From positions 124,001 to 188,000 of the forward strand of contig NIVC01000271.1 in assembly GCA_002269645.1 (NCBI GenBank): a stretch of DNA of 64,000 bases. Reading direction: 5' to 3'. Shown here in pieces: positions 28,101-39,954 of this stretch; position 1 is the stretch's first letter, and each line of letters opens with the position of its first letter. The stretch is from Macrostomum lignano. Taxonomy: Eukaryota. A model generated the notes under the pieces. It was not told the DNA's origin. It was given only the letters and a program-made list of their open reading frames with translations, and ran no database searches. Position numbers and translations under genes: made by a program.

Positions 28101-31100
28101 AAACCAAGGATTAATGCACTTGATTAATCAAGGATTATTGCTATTAATAAACCAAGGATTACTGCACTCGATAAGCCAAGGATTATTGCTATTAATAAAC
28201 CAAGGATTACTGCACTTGGCAAACCAACGATTACTGCACTCGATAAGCCAAGGATTATTGCTATTAATAAACCAAGGATTACTGCACTCAATAAACCAAG
28301 GACTATTGCTCTGGGCAAACCAAGGATTACTGCACTTGATTAATCAAGGATTATTGCTATTAATAAACCAAGGATTACTGCACTCGATAAGCCAAGGATT
28401 ATTGCTTTTAATAAACCAATGATTACTGCACTCGATAAGCCAAGGATTATTGCTATTAATAAACCAAGGATTACTGCACTCGATAAGCCAAGGATTATTG
28501 CTATTAATAAACCAAGGATTACTGCACTTGGCAAACCAAGGATTACTGCACTCGATAAGCCAAGGATTATTGCTATTAATAAACCAAGGATTACTGCACT
28601 CAATAAACCAAGGACTATTGCTCTGGGCAAACCAAGGATTACTGCACTTGATTAATCAAGGATTATTGCTATTAATAAACCAAGGATTACTGCACTCGAT
28701 AAGCCAAGGATTATTGCTATTAATAAACCAAGGATTACTGCACTCAATAAACCAAGGACTATTGCTCTGGGCAAACCAAGGATTACTGCACTTGATTAAT
28801 CAAGGATTATTGCTATTAATAAACCAAGGATTACTGCACTTGGCAAACCAAGGATTACTGCACTCGATAAGCCATGGATTATTGCTATTAATAAACCAAG
28901 GATTACTGCACTCGATAAGCCAAGGATTATTGCTATTAATAAACCGAGGATTACTGCACTCGATAAGCCATGGATTATTGCTATTAATAAACCAAGGATT
29001 ACTTACTGCACTTGGCAAACCAAGAATTACTGCACTCGATAAGCCATGGATTATTGCTATTAATAAACCAAGGATTACTGCACTCGATAAGCCATGGATT
29101 ATTGCTATTAATAAACCAAGGATTACTGCACTCGATAAGCCAAGGATTATTGCTATTAATAAACCAAGGATTACTGCACTCGATAAGCCATTGATTATTG
29201 CTATTAATAAACCAAGGATTACTTACTGCACTTGGCAAACCAAGAATTACTGCACTCGATAAGCCATGGATTATTGCTATTAATAAACCAAGGATTACTG
29301 CACTCGATAAGCCATGGATTATTGCTATTAATAAACCAAGGATTACTGCACTCGATAAGCCATGGATTATTGCTATTAATAAACCAAGGATTACTGCACT
29401 TGATAGCCAAGGATTACTGCGCTTGATAAGCTTGGCTACATGTATAGGATTATTTCTATCCAGGGATGCTTGCTATTTAGGGATTCTTGCTATGTGCAGG
29501 ATGCTTGCTATCTGGAAGGATGCTTCTACATTATTTGGGGGATGCTTGCTATCTGGAAGGATGCTTCTACATTATTTGGGGGATGCTTGCTATCTGGAAG
29601 GATGCTTCTACATTATTTGGGGTGTGCTTGCTATCTGCAAGATGCTTGCTATCTGCAAGATGCTTGCTATCTGCAGATGCTTGCTATCTGCAGATGCTTG
29701 CTATCTGGGTGGATGCTTGCTAGGAGTATTAGGGGATGCTTGCTATCTGGGTGGATGCTTGCTAGGAGTATTAGGGGATGCTTGCTATCTGGGTGTATGC
29801 TTGCTAGGAGTATTAGGGGATGCTTGCTACTGGAGGGATGCTTGCTGTCTTGGGAATATTTCCTATTTAGGGGTAATGACTGTGATCTTTGTGAAAGCTA
29901 TATTTTCTTGTCTGTTTATTAATTTTAAGAATCTTGTTGGCGAAGCCTTCTGCAAAAACATCTTAGTTCTTATCCTTTTGACTATAGCTTTGAACTGTTC
30001 TGTCTTTATTCGATAATTCGTTGGAAATTAATAAAGACGATATTGTTCAGTTTAATAGACTTTTTTTAGCTGTAGTTGCTTTTCCAGTCGTTGCAGAGCG
30101 CACTGCTTGCACCGCAACAGAAGTAGTACGCTATTGCTCTGAAAGAAGTCAAGTAGGTTGAATTGTCAGTTTTAAAATTCTAAACAAGCATGTTTTATTG
30201 GTACATAAGCCCCAGAATTAAAATGAGAATTCGATTCCTAGCCCCTCCCTAAGAATTATTTTCATTTTAAAGGATTCGTCCCTTGCTTATTGGCCACCCC
30301 GAAGGGGGGCACTAGATTGCTAGTCTAATATACTAAAAATGGTCTGTTTGTGTGTGTGTGTGTGTGTGTGATCGATTTTAGCAAAAACGGCTCAACCGAT
30401 TTTCTTCGAATTTGCACCATTCGATCAGAAATTTTTCCGTGACGGTACATGCATCGTTGCTAAGAAATTGCTCGATGCTAAAGGGATTAAATATTCGAAA
30501 AACATGCTTTTTTGCAAAGGTCAAGCAGCTCTTTCGACTTGAAATGCATTGTAAGAATGCTAGAGAAAAAATGACTGGTTGAATTCTGATTCTGAAATAG
30601 ATTGCATCATCACAATTTTATCGTCTGTGTACTGGCTGAATTTTGACACTGAATTGAATTACGTCACAGTATCGAAAACGCAGTGTGGAAGCATAGCACA
30701 ATACTTGATTTATCTTGCGTAACCATATTGCTAACTTTAATAGACTGGTACTGACTTGCCTAAGAAATTGATTATGTCATAACTGTCTCTTGTAACTTTT
30801 ACTCAATTGACTTGGTGTGAGTGTTGAATAATAAGTGCTACAAATCATTTATAATTTAAATGAGAGCTAGCCTAGATGTAAACACACTGGACTGCTAATG
30901 CAGCTACCTGGGTTCGAATCTTAGTAGTGTATAAGTGTATATAAGAATAAAAGTAGCATAATTTTTTTATTAAAAGCTTTTATTAAAAAAACTAATTAAA
31001 AATACCTGGATTATGGATTATAAGCCAAGGATTATTGCACCTGATAAACCAAGGATTATTGCACTAGATAAGCCAAGGATTACTGCACTTGATAAACCAA

Positions 31101-34100
31101 GGATTATTGCACTTGATAGGCCAAGGACTACTGCGCTTGATAAACAAAGGACTACTGCGCTTGATAAACAAAGGATTACTGCACTTGATAAACCAAGGAT
31201 TATTGCACTCAATAAGCCAAGGATTATTGCACTTGATAAGCCAAGGATTATTACACTTGATAAGCCGAGGATTACTGCACTTAATAAACCAAGGATTACT
31301 GCACTTGATAAGCCAAGGATTACTGCACTTGATAAACCAAGGACTACTGCGCTTGATAAACAAAGGACTACTGCGCTTGATAAACCAAGGATTTCTGCAC
31401 TTGATAAACCAAGGACTACTGCGCTTGATAAACAAAGGATTACTGCACTTGATAAACCAAGGATTATTGCACTTGATAGGCCAAGGACTACTGCGCTTGA
31501 TAAACAAAGGACTACTGCGCTTGATAAACAAAGGATTACTGCACTTGATAAACCAAGGATTATTGCACTCGATAAGCCAAGGATTATTGCACTTGATAAG
31601 CCAAGGATTATTACACTTGATAAGCCGAGGATTACTGCACTTAATAAACCAAGGATTACTGCACTTGATAAGCCAAGGATTACTGCACTTGATAAACCAA
31701 GGACTACTGCGCTTGATAAACAAAGGACTACTGCGCTTGATAAACAAAGGATTACTGCACTTGATAAACCAAGGACTACTGCGCTTGATAAACAAAGGAT
31801 TACTGCACTTGATAAACCAAGGATTATTGCACTTGATAAACACCAAGGATTATTGCACTCGATAAGCCAATGATTACTGCGCTTGATAAACCAAGGATTA
31901 TTGCACTTGATAAACCAAGGATTATTGCATTTGATAAACCAAGGATTATTGCACTCGATAAACCAAGGATTATTGCACTTGATTAGCCAAGGATTATTTC
32001 ACTTGATAAACCAAGGATTATTGCACTTGATAAACCAAGGATTATTGCACTCGATAAGCCAATGATTACTGCGCTTGATAAACCAAGGATTATTGCACTT
32101 GATAAACCAAGGATTATTGCACTTGATAAACCAAGGATTATTGCTCTCGATAAACCAAGGATTATTGCAGTTGATAAGCCAAGGATTATTGCACTCGATA
32201 AGCCAAGGATTACTGCACTTGATAAACCAAGGATTACTGCACTTGATAAGCCAAGGATTACTGCACTTGATAAACCAAGGACTACTGCGCTTGATAAACG
32301 AAGGATTTCTGCACTTGATTAACCACGACTTACTGCACTTGATAAACGAAGGATTACTGCACTTGATAAACCAAGACTTACTACACTTGATAAACCAAGG
32401 ATTTCTGCACTTGATAAACCAAGACTTACTACACTTGATAAACCAAGGATTTCTGCACTTGATAGACCAGAACTTACTGCACTTGATAAGCCAAGGATTA
32501 CTTCGCTTGATAAGTCAAAGATTTCTACACTTGATAAACCAACGATTACTGCACTTGATAAACCAAGGATTTCTGCACTTGATAGACCAACGATTACTGC
32601 ACTTGATAGACCAAGGCTTACTGCACTTGATAAACCAATGATTACTGCGCTTGGCAAACAAAGGATTACTGCGCTTGATAAGCTTGGCTACATATATGGG
32701 ATTCTTTCTATCTAGGGATGTTTGCTTTTTATGGATTCTTGCTAACTGGGTGGATGCTTCTGCAATATCTGGGGGGGGGGGGGTGCTTGGTATCTGTAGG
32801 ATGCTTTCTGTCTAGGTGGATGCTTGCTATCTGGGGGATGCTTGCTGTCTGGGTGGATGCTTGCTACGAGTATTAGGGGATGCTTGCTATCTGCGGTTGC
32901 TTACTTTTGGAGGGGGTGCTTGCTATCTGGAGGGATGCTTGCTGTTTTGGGAATATTTTCTATTTAGGGGTAATGTCTGTTATCTTTGTGAAAGTTATAT
33001 TTTGTTGCATATTTGTTAATTTTAGAAAAAAATAGATTCATAGCAAATACGAGCTGTCATTGTCCGTGACTTTTTTTACATGAATAAGGTGATTTTTAAA
33101 AGTTAAGAAGGAATTGGTGTTTAAGAAAATGTGCTTTTTTAATTGTTTTCCATTAACTATTTTTGCTCCGTGCTTATTGGGCGCCCCGAAGGGCACTAGA
33201 TTGTTTATTGCTTATTGGGCACTAGATTGCTAGTCGCCCCTAATCCTTTGCCATAATCTACCAGAAATCGCCCCTAATCCTTTGCCATAATCCGTCAGAA
33301 ATCATCCCTAATCCTTTGCCATAATCTACCAGAAATCGCCCCTAATCCTTTGCCATAATCTACCAGAAATCGCCCCTAATCCTTTGGCATAATCCATCAG
33401 AAATCATCCCTAATCGTTTACTATAATCTACCAGAAATCGCCCCTTATCCTTCCGCATGATTCCTCCAAAATCGCCAGAAATTTTTGCAACAATGTCTCA
33501 GAAATCATTGCCGTATTTCTACAGAAAAAAAGCAGCTTATCCCTCCCCATAATCCTTTAAAATTTTTTTCAAATCCCTTCGGAACTCGTCACTAAACACG
33601 TCTAATAATGTTTCACTAGACAATATCTCTCTTAAACCATGCGCATAAAAATTTCAGTTTCCAAGCTGACGCCCAGTTCGAGCTAATCTGCATGCTCACC
33701 AACCTGGCTCTCTGGTACACCAAGCATGCAGCAAAATTGTCAGCCAGCGAGAAGGTCGGCATGGAGGACGCCAAAGAGGTGCACAAATGCCTGCGCATAG
33801 CGGCCGGCATATTCAAAGAGGTGAAGGAGAACCAGCTGCAGAAGCTCATCCAGAAAGACAATATTGGCACGGATTTCGACGATCGAGTTGTTGACGCCTA
33901 CGTGAATCAGTGCTCAGCTGAGGCTCAGGAAGTCACCATGGCCAGAGCTATCGAGTTGGAGCATTCGCATAGTATTGTGGCCTCGCTGGCTTCGGACACG
34001 GCTAGGATGTTTAAAACTGCTGGTGTGTGTGATATATTGATAGGGTAGCGGAGGGTTGGGTAGAGAAAAAAGGGAGATTAGAATTGAGTTGGAGTAGGAG

Positions 34101-36604
34101 ACAAAGGGAATGATGCATAGAGGCGGACGGAAGTAAAAAAGTAGATAAAGCAGGCTGAAGGTTAAATATGTAGACCGAGGGGTAGATAAGGTAGACGCAG
34201 AATTAGATAGAATCGACTGAGGGGTAGATAGGGTAGACTGAGAAGTAGACAAGGTAGACTGAGAAGTAGACAAGGTAGACTGAGAAGTAGACAAGGTGGA
34301 CTGAGAAGTAGACAAGGTAGACTGAAGTCGAGAAGGTAGACTGAGAAGTAGTCAAAGTAGACTGAGGGGTAGATAAGGTAGACTGCAGGGTGGATGAGGT
34401 AGACGCAGAGGGTTAGGTAGATATTAGATAAAATCAGTATTTGTCCATGTATTAGGCATAAATGTAGATAGACTAGGCCGATATATGGATGCTTAATGGT
34501 ATTATGTTGGAATCTTCAACCTTCCTCCCTTTAGAGCTGGCCCTATCCACCATGGACGACAGGAAGGTTCTTAAATGGCGCAAATATCTAACATTCAAAT
34601 ACTGTTGCTACCAGGCCTACGCTTATAGCTATCACGGCGAAGGCCTTCTCAAAGTGGACAAGTGTGGCGAAGCTATCGCTTGTCTGCGCGAAGCTGTCAA
34701 ATGTGAGTCTTATCGTTTATCGTTATGAGTTTATGCGAAACTTTTGGGTTGATCTATTGTATTTTTCTGGCAGTTTTCTTGTATTTCTACTAGTAGTAGG
34801 CGACGTGAATATTACTTTAATTTTTATTTACACTTTATGCAAAACTTTTCAGTTAATCTTTTGTATTTTTATGGCAGTTTGCTAGTGTTTCTACTAGTAG
34901 TAGGCGACGTGAGTATTACTTTAATTTTTATTTACACATAATTCAAAACTCTTCAGTCAATCTTTTGTATTTTTATGGCAGTTTTCTTGTAATTGTTGCC
35001 TACTTACAGTAGGCGATATGAATATTGGTTTTATTTTATATTTGCAAACGATTTTCTATATGACTAATTCATGCAGTCTATCAAAAGGCCGAGGTGGCCG
35101 CGGCCGAGTACAACAAGACCACTGGGCCAGGCATGACCGTGCGCCCGGAGCAGCATCTGTTCTTTCGCAAACTGGGGCCCCACGTTAGAATGACGCTGGA
35201 AAAGTGTGAACGAGAGAATGGATTCATGTGAGTTTTTTTAGATAAGCTTCAGATCGAAATATTGTTGATAATCCCAATCAAGTTATAGCATCTCAGAATC
35301 CCATGTAATTATAAACAGAATCACATGTCATTATGACCATAATTCTAAGCCATTATAACCTGAATCCCAATTCCCAAGTCATTAAGACTAGAATCCCATG
35401 TCATTTTGACTAGAATCCCAAATCATTATGACTAAAATCCCATGTCATTATGACTAGAATCCCAAGTCATTATGACCAGAATCCCAAGTCATTATGACCA
35501 GAATCCCAAGTCATTACGACCAGTATCCCAAGTCATTATGACCAGTATCCCAAGTCATTACGACCAGTATCCCAAGTCATTATGACCAGTATCCCAAGTC
35601 ATTATGACCAGAATCCCAAGTCATTACGACCAGTATCCCAAGTCATTATGACCAGTATCCCAAGTCATTATGACCAGAATCCCAAGTCATTACGACCAGT
35701 ATCCCAAGTCATTATGACCAGTATCCCAAGTCATTACGACCAGTATCCCAAGTCATTATGACCAGAATCCCAAGTCATTATGACCAGTATCCCAAGTCAT
35801 TATGACCAGAATCCCAAGTCATTACGACCAGTATCCCAAGTCATTATGACCAGAATCCCAAGTCATTATGACCAGAATCCCAAGTCATTACGACCAGTAT
35901 CCCAAGTCATTATGACCAGAATCCCAAGTCATTATACCCACATGTCATTATCATTAATCCGTTAAAAACGTTACCGTTACAAGAATCGCTAGAGTCATTG
36001 AAAACAGTTCAGTAGTGACTCTAACGATAAGTGGCGCAGATGCACTTTAGAAGCAAGTCAGTAATTCTTCAGCGACTCCAGCACGCCTCAGGCACGACTC
36101 TACGGCCTCAGAGTGGTTTCAGAGTCGCAGACAATAAAACGGCTCAAATTGACTCTTAGGCGACTCTTTGACCACTTTTTAGCGACCTGTACCGCGCGAC
36201 ATCTCGTCGTTTTAGAGTCGTTTAGAGTCGCTGCTTTCCTATTTTACCTGTGCTTCACTTTCACCCTAAACTTTATCATCGGAACTAAGAACCCCGCTCT
36301 TTATTCCTCACAATACTCCAGCTACCATCAGAACGTGCCCTCGGAGATTCCCGAGCTGGAGCTGAAGCCGACATTCGGCTTAGCCGCTCCAGAGAACTAC
36401 CAGCTGCCGGAGATTAACAAGCTGTGGACGCCCGAAGCCTACAAAGGCTTTGATCTGACAAAAATGGGCGTCAAGTCGGAGAGTGAGGAGAGCAAAAAAG
36501 CAGAAGAGAAAGAAGACAAAGCGCCAGTTCAGCCAGTCAAAGAGCAGCCAATCTATCAGAGTGAGAAAGATCCCAACAATTCTAGCGGATGCGTGGTGTC
36601 GTAA
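19186..36604 (+). CDS. BROX: BRO1 domain-containing protein BROX, 6 exons, 425 aa
   Basis: Exons 19186-19286, 22990-23199, 33658-34022, 34535-34702, 35077-35227 and 36322-36604 total 1278 nt, all junctions in phase. N-terminus MSHWFHRNPLKATA, then FKWTDSL, FELICML.N.ALWYTKHAA, CLRIAAGIF, QC.AEAQEVT.ARAIE, KW.KYL.FK, CGEAIACL, LEKCERENGFIYHQ, and C-terminal CAAX CVVS. Confidence 0.93.
19990..20330. repeat. Tandem direct duplication of about 178 bp
   Basis: AATTCCCATAAGGAT..GAAAATTGCATTTTACTCAGCTT... starts at about 19990 and again at about 20168. Confidence 0.8.
22084..22520 (+). pseudogene. Degenerate hAT transposase C-terminal (dimerisation-domain) remnant in BROX intron 1
   Basis: Frameshifted ORFs read ...DLTKFW / QYPLLAKLAASPLTVPCGNAAIERAFNLLSNLLTKECIGLGEDLINSSLL. 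This resembles the hAT consensus FW...YP.L.KLA...L.VP.SNA..ER.FS......TK.R..L..D.INA.L. Confidence 0.65.
23440..24568. repeat. 34-bp minisatellite (CTTTGCCATAATCTACCAGAAATCGCCCCTAATC)n with A/B 68-bp higher-order alternation; left part
   Basis: Tandem copies. The array resumes at 33234 after the Helitron insertion. Confidence 0.95.
24569..27340 (+). mobile_element. Non-autonomous Helitron, unit 1 (2772 bp)
   Basis: 5' TC-ACAATATACTAAA followed by (TCTG)n and AACCGATTT. 3' GC hairpin GCCACCCGGAGGGGGGC then ...GGCTAG. Contains a 17-bp array (GCTAATCTGGGCTGAGT) at about 26300-26935. Confidence 0.75.
27341..30323 (+). mobile_element. Non-autonomous Helitron, unit 2 (2983 bp)
   Basis: 5' TC-CATATACTAAAAATGG, (GT)n, AAAACGGCTCAACCGATTT. 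3' hairpin GCCACCCCGAAGGGGGGC then ACTAGATTGCTAG. Internal 24-bp arrays at 28015-29420 and GGATGCTTGCTATCT repeats at 29460-29850. Confidence 0.85.
30324..33233 (+). mobile_element. Non-autonomous Helitron, unit 3 (2910 bp), paralogue of unit 2
   Basis: 5' TC-TAATATACTAAAAATGG, with the first about 650 bp clearly aligning to unit 2. 3' hairpin GCGCCCCGAAGGGCAC and terminal ...ATTGCTAG followed by host T. Internal 24-bp array at 31020-32690. Confidence 0.85.
33234..33450. repeat. Right part of the 34-bp BROX intron 2 minisatellite
   Basis: Same units as 23440-24568, resuming in register (CCAGAAA|TCGCCCCTAATCC). Confidence 0.95.
34170..34400. repeat. 21-bp minisatellite (GTAGACTGAGAAGTAGACAAG)n in BROX intron 3
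   Basis: Tandem copies; the source of ORF 33914..34315. Confidence 0.85.
35385..35940. repeat. 22-bp minisatellite (CCCAAGTCATTATGACCAGAAT)n in BROX intron 5
   Basis: About 25 copies; the unit contains the near-palindrome GTCATTATGAC. Confidence 0.95.
36040..36230. repeat. Dispersed GAGTCG-rich repeat, homologous to 4600-4815
   Basis: Shares blocks with 4600-4815 in inverted orientation. Confidence 0.65.
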
Positions 36605-37577
36605 ATCAATCAAACTATTCTCCAGACTGTCTTGAAGAGAAAAGATTCTGTCTATATACCGCATAAAGCACATTGACAAATGGACTAATATTAGATTTTT
36701 GCCGATATGTTTCGTAATTAACTATATTTTAAAAAAGGTTTTTATAGACGCCTATTATATTTGGTTTTTTTTGACGTCTTTGACGTTTCAAACTCTTATA
36801 TTTTTTGTTTATTTGATTGTATAATCACAAGTTAATTTAAAATATATACGAGCGTATTTGTCTTCACGTGAAGTTTTTAATTTAATCTTTAAAGCTGACG
36901 TGGCTACCACTAAACGTGAAAAGTAAGTAGTGTGTGGAGTTTGTATATTTTTGCTATGTCACTGATATTTGTCTATCAAATATAACTTATAATAAAAATA
37001 TAAATTTCAGATTTCAACAAAATCGTTTAAAAAATAATTAAATGCTTATATAATCTACTATTAGTATGCGTCATTACTTTTTTCTCAGTTTTTTACTTTC
37101 GCTTCTTGATTGTAGAATTCATGTATAATCTTTGATAAACTGATGGAAAACACATTCTTGACGTTTTTTATTCATGTTTATCCTTGACAAAAAGTGAAGG
37201 ATCTGCTGCCCCTGTTTTCAATGTCTATTCAGATTTTTTTCTATTGTTCTCTTTCTTCTTTATTTAATACGTAAAAGAAGTCAATATTCAATGCCATTTA
37301 AATCTTTGTTTTTTGATCCAATTAAATTTTCTGTCTAAATAAAAGCAAAGCTTAAAACACTTAAAACATTAGCTTGAGTGTATATTTATTTTTCCTGCTA
37401 CTGTCTCGTTCTGTAATATTATATTGTTTTTTGTAATATTACAAAATATGCTCTGATTTAGAGATATACGAGAGTATATATGCATAAAAAGAATATATAT
37501 TTATACCTGCACTGATAAGTTCCCGTTTCGACTGTCTATAAGCATTAAAAAATGGTGTTTTTTCTGTCTACTTAACT

Positions 37578-37915
37578 CACGTAGTAGTACTAGCAGTAGT
37601 AGTACTAGTAATAATATACAACGATTGACTACACCTGCCCTACTGGGCAGATGTGCAACCGACAACTCAGCTATTGCTTTTTTTGTGGTGTTGCATCTGA
37701 AGGCTGCGTACGGCTGTTCGGTCCAAGGACTGGGGGGGGGGCGCCACACACCCTGTCGATTACCCCAGCTAATGCTGGCACCCATTTTATATCTGGATGA
37801 ACTGAAGCAACGCAGAGTAAAGTGTCTTGCTCAAGGACACAAATTGTTCCGAGTGTGATGGTACTTGAACCCCCGACCTTTAATTCATGATCCGACGCTC
37901 TAACCACTAGGCTAC
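37578..37915 (-). mobile_element. tRNA-derived SINE with a conserved central (V/Meta-type) domain
   Basis: Minus strand reads TAGCCTAGTGGTTAGAGCG (A box), GGTTCAAG (B box), then TGTGTCCTTGAGCAAGACACTTTAC...ATAAAATGGGT, and a (TAC/TAT)n tail. Confidence 0.75.
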
Positions 37916-38596
37916 AAGGGGGGTATTTATAGTATTAGTAGTTGTAATAATAGTAGTATTTTTTACCCTTTTTATAGCCCTATACATATTGAATCCCAGG
38001 TGTGTGACCGTTACAAATTCAACTATAGAATAATATTTCGCCTCTATCTAGTCAGGGAAAAGAAAAATTAATCAGCAAGTTCTTTGTAAACTTTGCTTGT
38101 GCGTAAATAGTGGATATAGCATTATGCATAAGTCTTGACTAAGCTCTTTATATGCTATTCAATAGGGATTTATGAGCCAATGCTGTTGACTGGACTGCCG
38201 ATTTCTCAGGAAGTTACCGCCGCATAGCTGGGATAATTCAATAATAGCTCAATATACGGGGAGATTTAATCAACTTCAATCCAATTCTGTCCTATTATTC
38301 TTTTCGTCCGGCATTTTGTTAATAAGCTTGATCGGATTTTGGCGGCGTTCCATGGCCCCCGTAGCTGTCCACGTTGCAATATTTTTAGTTTATTGCGATA
38401 TGTGGCGTAGTTCAACTTCCGCACCTGCTGCGGAGACTGCCCTGTAACTCGTATACAGTTGCCAATAAGGCCGATTGGGTTTAAACCACAGATCCTTAAA
38501 ACACCAGATGTGTGTCAACTCCTTGTAAAAAAAAGTGGTCACTTTTTACGCTGGATTCCGTGCACATTTAGTTCTTAAAACTGAAGTACTTTTATT

Positions 38597-38624
38597 ATAG
38601 ATGGATAGATAGATAGATAGATAC

Positions 38625-38687
<63 letters not shown>

Positions 38688-38716
38688 CATAGATATATGG
38701 ATAGATAGATAGATAC

Positions 38717-38751
<35 letters not shown>

Positions 38752-38780
38752 CATAGATATATGGATAGATAGATAGATAA

Positions 38781-38846
<66 letters not shown>

Positions 38847-38860
38847 TCATAAATAGATGC

Positions 38861-38910
<50 letters not shown>

Positions 38911-38924
38911 TCATAAATAGATGC

Positions 38925-38987
<63 letters not shown>

Positions 38988-39016
38988 CATAGATATATGG
39001 ATAGATAGATAGATAA

Positions 39017-39094
<78 letters not shown>

Positions 39095-39108
39095 TCATAA
39101 ATAGATGC

Positions 39109-39151
<43 letters not shown>

Positions 39152-39180
39152 CATAGATATATGGATAGATAGATAGATAA

Positions 39181-39236
<56 letters not shown>

Positions 39237-39240
39237 ATAC
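38597..39240. repeat. (GATA)n microsatellite, about 640 bp, with internal higher-order variants
   Basis: Direct tetranucleotide run. Confidence 0.97.
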
Positions 39241-39261
39241 TCAGATACATGTAGATAAATA

Positions 39262-39322
39262 GACAGGAATCGAACCCGGGCACTCTGGCACAACAGTCAG
39301 ACTGTGTTGCCGCTTGGCTTCA
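39262..39322 (-). mobile_element. tRNA-derived SINE head whose tail is the adjacent (CTAT)n tract
   Basis: Minus strand AGCCAAGCGGCAAC (A-box-like) ... CCCGGGTTCGATTCC (B box), with a CT-GTT loop resembling tRNA-Asn. No convincing acceptor stem. Confidence 0.5.
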
Positions 39323-39954
39323 TCAATAATTCAGCCCCATATACTTCTATATCCGTCTCCAAATTCCCATTGCATTGCTGTATGTTTTACAAAGAGCAAA
39401 CAAAAAATCCGAACAAACCACTGCTAAAGGAAAGAGATTTAGAAGATTGGGATCGGGATCAGGAAACGGATTCCTGAGCGAAAATGTTCTTTCCAACCGG
39501 AACTGCCCGAGAAACAGCAGGCTGTGGTGTGCAAACATACACACCCGCACGGAACACACTACTGCTATAGGAAGCTCGTAGCTGGTGTCGATAAGGCATT
39601 GGGAATGAAAGCCGAGAAATGGAGCCCATGCAAAAAAGGAAAATGGATGCGAGTGAGCGCGGCTTAACGATAGCTTTCCCTCCGTTTTCTGCTCTGCTCC
39701 CAACCCGCCTTTGCAGTCCATGCTAGCTATAACTGATATTCTATAACGCCCTGCTGCAACCCAAGCCCTGCAGTTTACCCTCGATTCTGCAACTCTCCTG
39801 CTCCTAGTAGGCCTGCTAGGGGGTGTAAGGGAATCAGTCGACTTTTAGCCTCGGAGCCACCACAAAAATTCTTAATAAACTACATGTATACACATTGTGT
39901 TAGAATGTTTCTACAATATTTATATTGCCTGGAGTGTTGTGGAGAAATGAACAG

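Noticed and set aside
28042-32657. Many long ORFs (KPRITALD / INQGLLH repeats) resembling LRR or repeat proteins
   Set aside because: These are translations of the 24-bp arrays inside the Helitron units, open in several frames and on both strands.
38160-38500. Possible CR1/L2 LINE 3' remnant on the minus strand
   Set aside because: Only a faint LNY..Y..KLKIL resemblance with stops; too weak to call.
38546-39293. IYLS-repeat ORFs
   Set aside because: Translations of the (GATA)n tract.
27879-39322. tRNA-like sequences at 27879, 30864, 37840 and 39262 as functional tRNA genes
   Set aside because: They lack complete acceptor and D stems and lie in TE or SINE contexts.
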